A stretch of 64,000 nucleotides of DNA from the NCBI GenBank assembly GCA_907165135.1, contig OU015567.1, positions 14,632,001-14,696,000 on the forward strand, in the 5' to 3' direction. Below, piece by piece: positions 15,389-28,254 of the stretch. Position 1 is the first letter of the stretch, and the number at the start of each line of letters is the position of its first letter. Both the position numbers and the translations under genes were made by a program. The notes under the pieces were generated by a model, which searched no databases, was not told the origin of the DNA, and saw only the letters and a list, made by a program, of their open reading frames with translations. The DNA comes from Oikopleura dioica. Taxonomy: Eukaryota; Animalia; Chordata.

Positions 15389-15948
15389 GTTTTTCTATTT
15401 TTATTTTCAATTGAAACTTATTTACAAGAAAAAATACCTAGCGGCCGACTCTCGTTAAAAACTCTGAGTGCGAAAGTTCTTGCGGCAGTTGCCATTAAAT
15501 GCGGTACTAATAAAAACTCTTGAAGACGCCATCTAGCGGAAGGATTTGTCCAAAAGAAGAAACGACGAAGCCCACCCGTATTTTATCATGGTTAGATAGA
15601 ACACATAAATTCGGATCATTTTGTCATTGCTTCATTGAAGTGCCAGTTTGATAATACTACCAGCTTTCGATGTTATTTCTTCATAAAGTTTATTTCAAAT
15701 CATAAAGAGCACCTTTTTTATCTCCTGCGGTCACCGTTAATCATTTTATTGATGTACCTTTGCCATCGGACAATTGTTATATGACGAAATAGTCTTGCGA
15801 AATCTTGCTACCTGCGAAATACTTATGAAACCAATAAAGAAGTCAAAGCTTGATCGGCTCCTTTTCGATTCGAACGCTGTTTTGCCCATTTCTCTTTTTT
15901 ACAAAATTTTTCAGTTAGAGAAACTTTTTGAAAAAAAAAGAATTGAAA

Positions 15949-16411
15949 ATGGGCAGTAAGTCACGTGCTCTTCAGCGAAGAAGGACCAGATGCAAGCCCC
16001 GATTTCGAGGCCACAAAAGAGCTGGAGGTATATTTATTTCTCTAGGGGAAATCTAAAATTGAAAATTTTTTAGAGGCAGCCGAGCGCGTCCAGGCTTCCC
16101 AAAAGTCAGCGACGACAATCAAGGAAGAACCGTTGCCTTCACCACCACAACAAGCTTCTAAAGCGGCTCAATGGACACCCAAGTCGGCTGGTTTGCAGCA
16201 AAAACCTCAGCAACGAACCCCTACCAGAAACGAGAGAGTAAGCAAGTACTTCGAAGAAGCAAAGAAACACTTCAGGGAAGAGGGAAGTAGCTTCTCGATG
16301 GATTTCAGCGAGTCGCCAGGAGGAACACTCAGAGTTCACTTCGAAGGGGGAAAACGGATTCGGTTGGCCCAACTCCCGCAGAGTGTGAACGTGCAGGAGG
16401 TGTCAAGCTGA
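15949..16411 (+). CDS. Small two-exon protein of unknown function with basic N-terminus
   Basis: ATG 15949 MGSKSRALQRRRTRCKPRFRGHKRAG; GT-AG intron 16028-16073 joins in frame to ORF 16133..16411. Confidence 0.5.
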
Positions 16412-17692
16412 GTGAAGGAGATGCAAGGGACCACGCCGCCGGTGTGAACTCCTGCAGAGACTGCTCGTGGGCCCAAGTTGGCGCAAGTCTCGGTGTGAGT
16501 CCTTGAGTAAACAGTAATTAGGTGCATGTTGAGCCGGAAATCAAGATCAAGCTCAGCCTGGATAATCTTCAAAAATGAAGATATGGAAAACAGAAAATAT
16601 GGAATTTTCTGAAAACATACCTACTATGGTAAAATTTAGTGCTGATTACGATTGTGGAGTTGGAATGTTTTTCTTATGTCAAAAATTCAAGTTTTTTTGC
16701 GAAGATTCAAACAAGAACAATTCATTTTCAAAAAAGTTTGATGAGTGAGATCCATGCATCACACGGTAGGTGAAGGTGGATTGAACAATTTGAAAATGGA
16801 AGTGAAGACTTTCACTTGTTCGTTCGCCGGAACTTCCGGCCCGGAAGTAATGCAGAGCAGCTTTGGAAGAGTGTTCGTGCCATAAATATCAGTTATCTTC
16901 GAAATCGGTAAAGTATCTGCTATTTTCTGGTAATCACACATTTTGAACGAAAGAAAAATGAAGCTTTTCAAGCATTCAAGCATCAAGAAAAACGAGTAAG
17001 CTTGGATCTTCACACTGAGTTCATCCCGAAATCTTGCTAACTGCGAAATATCAATAAAACCAATAAAGAAATCAAAGCTTGGTCGACTTCTTTCCGAGCT
17101 CATTTTTACCAATAATTTTATTCAGTAATCAAAATAGTTGAATTTGAATACAGATGGATCCTTTTTGACAATGGTTATTGGAGAAATCTTGGTAAATATA
17201 CAGATGAAATAAATTCACAAAAAATGGTATTGAAGTTGAATTTTCAATGATGAAGCTGGAGCACAAAGGCTTCTCCGAGAGCCAGTTAATTTTGTCGAGA
17301 AAAGAGGGTTTTCATTTCGCCTGTTATCGAACTTACTCCCTGGTACTTGAGCTTTGAATCAGTGTTTTTTTATATTTTTTGATGTTTCAAAGTAGAAACA
17401 GATTGTCGGCAAATGCCGGGTTTTGATCTTTGTCTTCACTGTAAGCAAATGGATGCTGGCGTGAATAGCTCTGGACCAAGTTTGTGTTCTTTTTAGGCTT
17501 ATTATAATTAATAACCCCCTTTTTATAAAATTGAGATTGATGTGGCGCTCGAAAAAGTTAGTTTCATAGTTAGATCTCCTAGTCCTAGAAAATATTGAAA
17601 GCCTACGAAGAAGGTTAGGAAAAAGAGAGCAAAAAATAGTTCAAGGAAAAAGAAAAACAGACAGAAAAATAAAATAAGTACAGAAAAAAAAC

Positions 17693-20600
17693 TTACGGGG
17701 CACGACCAGGCTGCCATGCGTCCGCGGGCAGCTTCCCTCCTTTCTTTAGTTCCATAAATTTCTCGGCAGCGCGATTGAAATTCCAATCGTTTTGTTCCAG
17801 GCACATTTTCGAATAGTTTTCGGTCATTCCAGAGTTGTCCATAAACTTTTTCACCATGGCGTTTTTGTCGGCGGGAGGTTCGGCGGCAGCACCTCCACGG
17901 GGGTTCGGGATGACGGATTGTTTCTTTCCGTGGTTGGCTTTTTCACCGCTGCTCGAGTCGCGGATGTAGAGCTGATCGTGATTGACCAGAAAGTTGTTGT
18001 CCCTAAAAGGAGAAGATGAGTTTTGATTCTCTTCCTTGCTGTCAAAAGACTTACACGAACGAGCAGAGAAAGTGGCGACTGAAGAAGCGAATCTTTCCAT
18101 TGTCGGTTTCTTTGAAAGTTCCAGTCAAAGTGAATCCAATGATCGAGGGCACTTCCAGCGTCACGTCCAAAAAGCAAGAGGTCAGATCGTGCGTCGTCTT
18201 CGGCAGTTCCGAAAGACAGGCGAGTACTCCAAGGCGCTTCTGTTTGATCGTGTTTGGGTCTGAAAATGTCCTTGGATTAACTTGTCGGTGGAGTCAAAAC
18301 TTACGGCAAGTGCGGTACTTTTCAACGTCTTGGTTTATCAGGTGTCTGTGGTCGACGATGCTTCTTTGGTGCTTTCTGTAGGCGCTCAAGTCGACTCCTC
18401 TTCCGACGGAGAGCGTGAAGATCGCATTCGGTCCATAGCATTTGAAGAGATCTTCCCTATTGGTGTCGTAGGCCTTGACGAAATCAGTGATGAATTTGAT
18501 CAGCGGTCCTTCCAGTTGCTCATTCAGAGGGAGGCAGGAATCTATAAAAAGTAAATGATATCTTTTGAGAGTTTTCTTCCCTACCGTAAATCTGAGAAAC
18601 AGTCTTCTTCTTTTCTTCTTTTTCTATAGATGCATCAAGATCAAAAGACGCAACGAGTTCTCTTCCGTTGAGTTTTTTCAAATTCTTGAATATTTTTCTT
18701 GCTTCTTTGGACAATTTTAAATTGTTTCTTCCTTGAACGAGTTTTGCTAGTTGAGTGTCGCGAATGTCCAAATCTTCAAGGTCCCAATCTTCGACGTATT
18801 TTACATCGCTCCAGTTTCGTATCAGCTGATTTCCGGAGAGATTGAGTTTCTTAACTTTAGGCGTTTTCTCGAGCAACGGGACGAGCTGTTGCAGATTCCT
18901 GAGCATGTTGCTCGAGAGGTTGATTCCAGAGATGTTTTCAATCGGGAAGTTCTTCATGACGCGTACAAGGAGCGCGAAGTCTTCTGAAATCTTCAAGTTC
19001 ATCTTCATTCCAGCTTCATTGAGTCGTGTATCAGAGGCGAAGGATGAGAGATCGACGGTGTTTTCAGGTTGGTTGTATCGTTTTCCAAGAACTTCGCTGA
19101 GCGTGTTGAGCGCGTTGGGAATGACTTCGAAGCGGGCGGAGATGGGTGTCCTGGCAGTCATCTTTTCGAGCTTGATCCACTTGGCCGGCGGCACATTGTC
19201 CGGCTTCGTATCCTTGATGATGTCGAGCATTTGGCGGTAGACCTCGGTTGAAGTGGCGGAGGGAATGAAAAACATAATGTTTTCATACTCACAATGAGGC
19301 TGAATTAGATTATAGCAAATTAGAAGCGATTATGAGAGGAATGAGAGACGGATTCATGTGGGTGCCCCTGCCCAGATCTTTCTTTTTTTTGAGGTCTTTT
19401 TTGTTAAAATTGTGATCAAGGCACGGGAGAAAAAATGGGGGAATGGTGGCATATTACATCTTTGTCAGCAAAGTTCGGAATTTTCTCGTGGAAGAGCTTC
19501 ATCATCTCGTCTTTGAATAGTAGCGGTCTATCAGACTCGCTTCTCGGAATGCTCATCTTGATACGCATCCAATCGGATCCTGCTTTTTAAGTATCACTGT
19601 GTCTTACTCTTTGAGCCTACCTGTTGCGTCCTCATACAAAACCTCGTCCATATCAATCTGATCGTAGTTTCTACGATCGACTCGATTGTCAGTCCAGTGC
19701 TTTTTCTTGCCCTTGTCTCTGAAAACCCCTAGTAAACCCTATCGTCATCGAATACCAACCGATTTCCAGCCCGCTTGGATAGATCTTTAGCCCCTGCTCG
19801 TCGACCGCGTCCATCATCGTCTCTATCATCATGATCGCCTCTGTAGTCTTTCTGGTAGCGGCTGTTCCTCGACTTTTGCTTCACATGAACTCGCCGGCTG
19901 TGACTGTGGTAGTCTGACATGACTTTCGCTTGGAAGTCTTCTAAAAAGGTGGTTTGTATCGTGAAAATTGAGGAGTGGAGATTATGATCATAAAAGCACA
20001 CAATGAGGTTTTGTTCAAATAGGAAGGATGCAATTAGCCTGGGTCTCAGACCCAGGATTCATTTCAAAAGTGACGCCTGGGTCTCAGACCCAGGATACCC
20101 CCTCAGAAGTGACGCCTGGGTCCAAAAATAAGGAGATGGGCGTTGTAAGAAGAAAAAAAACAATTTCCTTCTATGAATAATTGATATGGAGTCTTGTATT
20201 CACTATAATTCAGGTTAGTGTTAGGGGGCACCTGCAAAAATGACGGAACAGTCTCACCCGAGGGGGATAGGCTAGGGTTAGTTAGGGTTACTGAAGGTAA
20301 CCCTAAGTAACCCTAGACTAGACCCCGGCATCTTAGGACCTAAGGGGCGAAGCCCCGTGGTAAGGGGCAAATAGATCTGAGCGTTTGGGAGAATCAATCG
20401 ACGAAGTCTGCCTAAAATGCCCATTTTTAAATGAATCCTGGGTATTGGACCCAGGCGTCACTTCTGAGGGGGTATCCTGGGTCTGAGACCCAGGCGTCAC
20501 TTTTGAAACGAATCCTGGGTCTGAGACCCAGGCTAATTGTATACTTCCTTCAAATATGCTTTTATGACTCATAAATGAATGGATAAATGAAGATAAATGC

Positions 20601-20948
20601 AATGGTGAATGATAAGAAGATTTACCCTTATCGTATTTATCAAAACTCAAATTGACTTTAATCCCTGAATCTCGCATGGAAGTCCTAGAGTCGTAATCAA
20701 AACTCCGGTCAAGACTTTCATCGAGCTCGGGAATGGGAGTCGGACTACGACGTCCGCGATCAAATCGATTTGATCTTGACCTTGAAGATGCTAGCAATTG
20801 ATGAAACAAATGGATAAAAGAATGAAGGGGCCTTCTCACCTTTAGTTCGATTATAGTTACTGTTGGATCCTCTGTTATAGGAGCCGCTTCCCGATCCGGA
20901 ATTGGTAACGGAATTAATCTGCGCTATCTGCCTTGATAGCTGCGACAT
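17693..20948 (-). CDS. NXF1: Nuclear RNA export factor 1 (TAP)
   Basis: RG/RS-rich N-terminus, LRRs (ISGINLSSNML, VKKLNLSGNQL), NTF2-like domain, TAP-C/UBA (SGMTENYSKMCLEQNDWNFNRA); start at 20948 inferred from in-phase splicing. Confidence 0.9.
20022..20548. mobile_element. Non-autonomous DNA transposon, GG..CC ends, 104-bp TIRs, 8-bp TSD (Merlin-like)
   Basis: Perfect TSD TTCAAATA (20014-21, 20549-56); TIRs 20022-20125 / 20445-20548 with 3 mismatches, built from ~38-bp subrepeats containing CCTGGGTCTCAGACCCAGG; lies in an NXF1 intron. Confidence 0.9.
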
Positions 20949-21237
20949 TATTTCTAAATAATCGAAAGTTTAAATTTTCATCGGGTGCTCGATTCAGCTG
21001 GCAGAAATTGATGTCCCCCTATTTCTCTAGTGGTAGAAAAAACTCTTGGCCGTTGAATAATAAATTCGCGTTGCGAGGGATGCTCCCCGCCGCTCCTCCC
21101 TTCTCTCGGGGAACTTTGCCGCCGGCGTTGTAATGGAAGGAATTCGATCAGTGCCTTTCTTATACAACACTACCGGCAGTTTATTTCTGTCGAGGAGTTG
21201 TTGAAGAGAACAAAAAAGTGTAATAAAAGAAGAGTAA

Positions 21238-22655
21238 ATGATAGACCATCAAAAATTGAAAAAGATCTTTTGCTGCATAATTGTCGCTGGGATCGCTACA
21301 GTCCTCATTCAAATAACATCACAGAGTGTCTCAACAAAGAAAATTATTCAAGCGAAACAGGCAGAATTGACGCTGAATCAGACTGAATTTTCAGGTTTTT
21401 TAATTTATCAACTAATCTCTAAAATGCTCTTCAGACTTACAAATGAAAGTCCACGGGCGATCGAAACACTTGAAAAAGATCTGCTCGGAAATGAAAGAAA
21501 AAGGAGCAAAGTTTTCAGTTTCAGATTATGTGAAAGGTAAAACTATCAAGAAATTGAAGAACGCTTTATTGATTTTCGATCATTGAGTGACTCGAAATTC
21601 AGAACGGCTGCTCGTGGACTTGGAGAAAAAGATTCTCTTCTGTCCGATTCCCAAAGCAGGAAGCTCTAATTGGAAGCGGATCTTCGCGAAATTGACAACA
21701 GAAAATTATGACGAAGTGGACGATTTGTTAGAAATAAGAAAAGTACATCATATTCAACTGCCAGTGCTTTCGGATTTCTCTGGTGAAAAGCAGAAAAAGA
21801 TTCTCAAAGATTTCAGTTAGTTCAAAAATAGAAACACCCAGCGTGATATTTTTGTGAGAAAAGCCCGAAACAGGATCGAACCAGACAAAAGAAAGATGAC
21901 TCTTTGTTTGCATCGATCTTTCAGGATCTAACGCTCGAGCAAATATTGATTGAAGTTCAATGATTGAACCTAATAACTGACCCTGTAATTTATCGTTAGA
22001 CAATGTGTGGTTCTTATTGTTGGGAAAAAAGTCATTTCTCTACGACTTACAGTCTTTTTTTCAGCAAAATTCGTGTTTGTTCGACACCCGTTTGACAGAG
22101 TTCTCTCCGCGTTCCGCAACAAATTAGAGAATCCCTTCACGGATGAGTTCCAACGCCGTTACGGTACAAAAATTGTGACAAAATACCGCCCCTATGCGAC
22201 CGACAAATCGAAAAAGCTCGGCGACGACGTCTCCTTCACCGAGTTTATTCATTATCTGACGGAGGAAAATCCAAACAAATTCAACAACCACTGGCAAAGA
22301 TACTGGGACCTTTGCCAGCCCTGTGCTTTAGAGGTAAAATCTAACCGTTAAAATTATCAAATCAAATTTGTTTTCAGTACGATTTCATCGGAACCGCGGA
22401 AAACTACCAAAAGAAGCAGAACTACTCGTGCGGACTTTGAACATTACTGTAACTTTCCCAGAACATGAAGCAAAAACCACAGCTGAGTCTAGTTTAGGTA
22501 AGACTTTTCAAGTACTGAATCAATTACCCTCTTTATAAGAAGTGTTCGGGAGCCTTTCCAAGGCTTATCTGGCGAAGCTGTACAATATTTATAAAATCGA
22601 CTTCGCAATCTTCAACTACACTATCGACCACTTTGTACAGTTAACCAAGAGCTAG
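21238..22655 (+). CDS. Carbohydrate sulfotransferase (CHST11/HNK-1 family)
   Basis: N-terminal TM; CPIPKAGSSNWKR (5'-PSB); FVRHPFDRVLSAFRNK (3'-PB); HWQRYWDLCQPC, YDFIG; one A missing at 22409-22412. Confidence 0.88.
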
Positions 22656-22785
22656 TATCCGCCCATTACAGTACTATTTATATCCTTACTGCCAGAATAA
22701 TAGAATAAACCTAAATAATAACATGTTCCGCGTTCTTTTAGTTCGAGGAAAGTGGCAGGAAAGGAGCAGTTATTTTGGATAGAAT

Positions 22786-24229
22786 TCAACTAACAGGGCA
22801 CTTTTCAATGCCATCATGCACTTGATCTTGGTCGTCTCTGGAGTTGTCGACCTTGTCATTGCCCAATCCAGTGAAGGGCTGAAGCTCGTGGGTTTCGATC
22901 GTTTCGTCCATATCGTCCATGACTAAATTTTTAAATGTCCCTGCCTCTCAATACATATTTGGAACTTACATTGAACCTCTTCGACATCCCCTTCATCGGG
23001 AAGATACTCTTCTAGCAGAGCGCGCTGCTCTGGAGTGAACTTCTTCGGAATTTCCACAATGATCTCCAAGAACAAGTCTCCAAATTGAGTAGGCTTTTCG
23101 AAGATCGGAAGTCCTCTTCCTAGATAAATTTGAGTCTTGAAGCCGAGGTATTATCGATTCTTTACCTTCAAGGACAAGCTTCTTCTCAAATGGCGGAATT
23201 TTTACTTTCAGCATTTCGTAGGTTTTCAGTTTCGATCCAGGGGGACTGGTCTCTTTCAAATGCCGGAGGTATTTATAGCAGCCCACCAAATGCTCGCCAA
23301 AGGAGATCTGGATTGATGCAACCAGGTCCTTAGTGAAAAAAATTTCATTTATAAGGTTGAAAAACTTCACTTACATTCCCAACTCTCGTGTAGATATCGT
23401 GCTTTTTCTGCTCGCAGATAAGGTAGATGTCTGATGGAATCTGATTCGCAGGGCAGTCTCCTTCTCCCTTCAGTCTCTTTCGGTAACCATTTCGACAGCC
23501 AACAGGAAGATTGAATTGAAGCTCGTTCGGAGTTCTTATTGTTCCTTTTCCCGCACAGGCAGTACATAGTTGAGTTGGCTTTTGAGATATTAGAATCGAC
23601 ACACTATTTTATCTCATAGAACTTACCGATATTGCTTTGCGACCATGACACGTCGGGCAAGCCTGATTACGCTGGATCTTCAATTTAACGTTTTTGCCAT
23701 TGTAGTAGTCCTCCAATGAGCATTTTAGTATGTGATTGACATCTTGAAATACAAAATCAAAGATATTACATGGATGCAGAGCTTACCTTTGGCTTTCGGC
23801 TTCAAGCTCCAGATGTCCCTCATCTTGTTGAGCTTGTCATCGCCAACAAGCACGCGAACTGTCTTATGCATTCCAGGAGCGTGGTGAGTTCCACCGGGAG
23901 TTTGCGCGGCATTAACATACTCAACAGACTTTGTCGTGTCATAAATTGCTCGCCTTGAAGGATCGGCAAGTAGGTTAGCAATTTCTGCGTATTGCTGCTT
24001 CTCCTTTAAAAAAACATTGAAATCAAGGAAGAGAATGTGATTTAACCTCAAGTGTACTCTTCTTCTCGGCGATCGTGGAGCATTCTTTGATGATCGCTTC
24101 CAAGTTGGCATCCTTGGTTAAATCGAGGCGATCATAAATTGATTCAGTGAATGGAATTTTTTTCACTTCACAATATTTCCTCGCTGTCTTCAATTCATGT
24201 CTCGGTTTCTTAAGAGGGTTTGTCGCCAT
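22786..24229 (-). CDS. DNAJA-like co-chaperone with degenerate J domain
   Basis: LLADPSRRAIYD; CSLEDYYNG; CPTCHG and CTACAGKG; GEGD..PSD; GRGLP..GDLFLEI; C-terminal CaaX CPVS; no HPD. Confidence 0.8.
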
Positions 24230-24640
24230 TCTACGAAAGAGAAAACTGAAGAAATAAACTTTATTATTGCATTATTCCGTATCATCAAAAATACGGGCTT
24301 ATTATTTTCAGGAATATTAATTGCAGTTTGCATTTCTTTGCAAAACTAAAGCGGTCGAAATAGAGTTTTTTTACTTGATTTTTGGAATGGAGACGGCGAA
24401 GCATGCACAAAAAAGAATGAAAGTTCAGTAAGTTTTTATATCAGCTTAGACATGTTTTAGTGATTTTTTGTTTGAACATGGAAACAGGAAAAGAAGACAT
24501 AAGGTGCGATCTTGGGTACAGGTGACATTTTCTTTTGTTTGTTTTGATAGGTGAAGTTGGTAAAATAGTAAAAAGAATGAATTTCAAAAAATAAAGAATT
24601 GAAAGTGATTGTAAGTGAAGTGCAAGTGAAGGAAGTCGCC

Positions 24641-25664
24641 TTAGGATGGCTTGTTTAGCTTGCGATTAAGTTCGGCGGCAAGGGCCTTCTTTGCTTTTTC
24701 ATCTTGCAGAGGCTGGATTGAGCGCAGGCCGTGGACGATATCGCGCGACTTGCCGAAATAGATCTCGTTCAGCGTGTGGCGAATTTTATTCTGAAAATCA
24801 AGATCATTCAAGAGCTGGGAAGGGAAACAAAGAAACCTCGTGCTCTTCTACAAGTTTGCCAAAGTTGATCACGTGTGGCGAGCTGGCATCCAAAGGCATG
24901 TCTCTCTCCAATTGTCGCATAAGAGAGCCACCAAGGTTCATCATTCCAGCGCCCTAAAATCATGACTAAAAGGTCGAGCAGATTGAGTAAGTACTTTTGT
25001 ATTCGTCTGCAGCCAGAGCATAACCGTAGAAGTGAGCTTGTAATGCGCCGATCTCGATTTTTCTTGGCACTCGAAAACATGAATCGAATCCCAACAACCT
25101 TTTGGTGCTTTTTCTGTCGCTTTTTTAATTAGAATGACTCCGGCGAATCCATGATCCAGATCCCAGAGATATACTGAACTATTTGGAACTTGAAAATTAC
25201 TCAAGAGCAAGACAAACTCACCTGACTCCACCGTCAAAATATAATTCTCGGTACTGATTGAAGGCTTGATTCATTTCAATCTCTAATTTCCGTAGGTAAT
25301 CTGATGGAACAGCTCTACAAACCAATCATTTGACATTAAAAAATAATCAACTTACCCATCTTCAATCGGGGGATCATACTCGTTCGAATGTGGAGATCTG
25401 TAGGAGTCGCCGTCTCTGTTATAGTCGCAAAAGAGATAGTCCTGCCCGGTCTGAACGCTTAGAAGGAAGTTATTGAATCCCAAGAACAAAACCTACCTTT
25501 TTGTCTTTGCCGACTTTGAGGGGTTGATCAACGGCCGCTAGGAGATCATCGCAAAGATCAGGGACGAGGTCAATTAAGTTACTAAGATTTCTCTGAACGT
25601 GATGAGGTGGAAGCCTCCTCATCATATCCAAAGCACCGTCCAGTTGTTGGTCTAGATTCGCCAT
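24641..25664 (-). CDS. CAPZB: F-actin capping protein beta
   Basis: [56 protein letters not shown]. Confidence 0.95.
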
Positions 25665-25799
25665 TCTAAAGATCAACAATTAAATTGTGAATCTAAAACG
25701 TGAATCTATCGGTTCTATGAAGATAAGGGCAGGAACTGATGTGGGCAGCTAAGTGAGTAGAAAAATATATAAAAAATGAGAAACGTTTGGAAAAGATAG

Positions 25800-26541
25800 C
25801 TACTCTTCGACGTAATCCATGTCTTCTGGGACGCCAAAGTGTTTAGCCATCATTTTGGCTTTGGTTGGATCTCGCTTCTTGACGAAAGAAGTCACGTTCC
25901 AGATGTTATCTGTCCATCGATTGACGCCTTCGATGCACAATTTCTAAAGCTATTTTTGAAATAGAGTATAAATATGAAGAGACAAACCTTATCCTGATCT
26001 AATTTTTGAAGATACTCGGGTGTGAACTTCTTCGAAGCCTCGCATTCTTTGGTCAAGGAAGCTTCTTCGTTTGTAAGAGCTTTGAGCTCATTCTTTAGCT
26101 TCTGCAGCTCTTCTGGGGAGATGTCCTCGTCATTCTCCTGGTAGAAGCGGAGCTTTTCCCCCTTCGTCTTCGTCTCTGCGTTCAGTTGCTCAAGTTCTGC
26201 TTTGAGCTTGGTCGTCGAGCTGTCTGAATAATGTTGATGACGGAGCAAAATAATGCATCAAAATGATGAATCATAAAAAAACAATCACCTAAAGAATTCA
26301 CGAGCTGAGAGTCGAAGCACCAATAAAAGCTCGAGGAGCCAACCTTTTCCGTCATCAATCGGTCATCATCAACGAGCGTTTGAATTACATCTTTGATGGA
26401 CATTGGAGTGATACCCTTGGCCTTCGGAAGGCTTTTTTCAAGGTCTTTCATGTGGAAGAAGGAGTTCTGCTTGCGAATCCAGTCAAGTGCGGCGTCGCAT
26501 TTTTCTTCCATGGACATGCCACGCTTGCTTCCAGGCGCCAT
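25800..26541 (-). CDS. MND1: Meiotic nuclear division protein 1
   Basis: KRGMSMEEK, FHMKDLEK..KGITPMSIKDVIQTLVDD..EKVGSSSFYWCF, NRWTDNI, FGVPEDMDY. Confidence 0.92.
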
Positions 26542-26876
26542 TCTTCAAATTCGAAAAGTGAATAAGACAAAGTCTAAGTTGGGAAACTAATTATATTGTT
26601 GTAAATCGTAGATTGCCTAGCCAGCAGATCAAAAAATAAATGCATCAGAGCCCGTTAAATTTTCAACTAAAGTGTAAGAGAAGACACAACTCGCGACGAG
26701 TACAGTACATCGCCAGCAGTTGCGCTTGCAAAAGACGAAATTGGCGTAACTGTAAAATTCTGAGGTGGCAGTAAAATGAGCAGAAAAGGGACTAGAAATA
26801 GAAATGCGCACGGACTGGCGGTTTGATGCTGGTTTTATTTGAACACGCGGCTGAGATTTTTCACTGGCTGATTCGT

Positions 26877-27916
26877 TTACTCCTTCTAAAGAAATAATTG
26901 AAGAAATTAAAGAATTTCATAAAATGACCTTTCTGTCGTTCAAGTAGGCGTCCATTTCAGCGTCGAGTTGTTCTTGGGTGATTTCCTCTTTCTTCTCTCG
27001 TCCACGGCCGCCTCCTCGACCACCTCGGTCTCCGCCGCCTCTGTTGCCACCACGGCGGTTTCCGCCGTCTCTGTTACCGCCAAAGCCGCCTCGGCGTCTG
27101 GGAGATCGAGATCTGTCTCGATTTCGGTATTCCTGGTTTCCACCGCCCTGGAGGGTGATGTTCATAGGTCGCCCTAAAAGAATAGCGCCTGGGAAGTTAT
27201 CTATGCTCTCACCATCAAGAGGAACCTGGTTGTAGGTTTCCTGAGCGGTTCTAGCGTCCGCGAGTCGAACAAACTCCACCTCAGCCTGGCCAGTTGATCG
27301 GCCAGATCTGTCGTAAAGAATCTGCGCCTTTTTCAAGGGCCCAAACTCGGTGAAAAGTTCCTAAAAGAAATTAATCGACTTTCACGGCGATAAAATCTTA
27401 CCCGCATATCTTCATCGGAAACACCAAAGTCCAAGTTGCTAATAGAAAGCTTGGCGGAGCTAGTTCTAGCTCCTCCACCGCCTCGACCACCCTATAAAAT
27501 TTTTGATAGAGAAGAAGGCAAGTGTTTGGCAAGACTTACCGAGTACATGTCGTGGTCCCACTTGTCTGGCAGGTCTCGATTCTTAGTTTAGTTGTGAGTT
27601 AGCGAGTACAGTTCAGAAAGGAAATATAGAGAGACAGACAGAGCGCATGCAGCTGCCCAAGCCTTGCAAGAAGATCATACCCGACGAGAGAACGAGCCAG
27701 AGTCCCCACCACCACGTTTGCTAACGCCGCCATCTCGGCGACCCCCGCGATCTCCACCGCCGCGGCCTAAGAAAAATTGAACGGTTTCGTCAAACAAAAA
27801 CTGCTACCTCCTCCTCGGCCACCGCCTCGGGAGTTGTTGCTTCGTCCGCCCTTTCCAATCTTGTTCTTAGAGATGAAGTCGTCAAGGGAGATGTCGGTGT
27901 AATCCCCGGAAACCAT
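26877..27916 (-). CDS. ALYREF: ALYREF/THOC4 mRNA export adaptor, canonical copy
   Basis: N-UBM DISLDDFISKNK, RGG tracts, WDHDMY, RRM (ISNLDFGVSDEDM..YDRSGRSTGQAEV..YNQVPLDGRPM), C-UBM EQLDAEMDAY. Confidence 0.93.
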
Positions 27917-28254
27917 GGTGAAAAGCCTATCTAAAAGCCAGAATTGATAAGGTTTTAAATGCAAATAATTTAATAAAAAACGACGGAAGATCTTGATATT
28001 TCTAATCTTTGCAAAATACAGCGTGGTTTCAATAGAAGAAAAACGGTGGAAAATAAATGGTACAAATTGTTAACTGAGCAAGACGGGCATTGACAGTACT
28101 TGGCTGAAAAATACACTTTTTGTAAACACTTTTTGAGAAAACTTTTTGGTTGAAATAAGTACGCGTTTTGACTCAATCAAGGAAAAGGAAGATAAATGTT
28201 TTTTCAATTTTCTGTTTATTTGAAGATAGTTGGGCGGAAAGAGCACGCGCGGAA

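Noticed and set aside
20037-20125. CRISPR-like palindromic repeats with spacers
   Set aside because: Spacers are similar to each other, the repeats form TIRs, context is eukaryotic and there are no cas genes
20272-20316. Chromosome end-to-end fusion scar
   Set aside because: Only 2-3 units per side and enclosed in a TIR/TSD-bounded transposon
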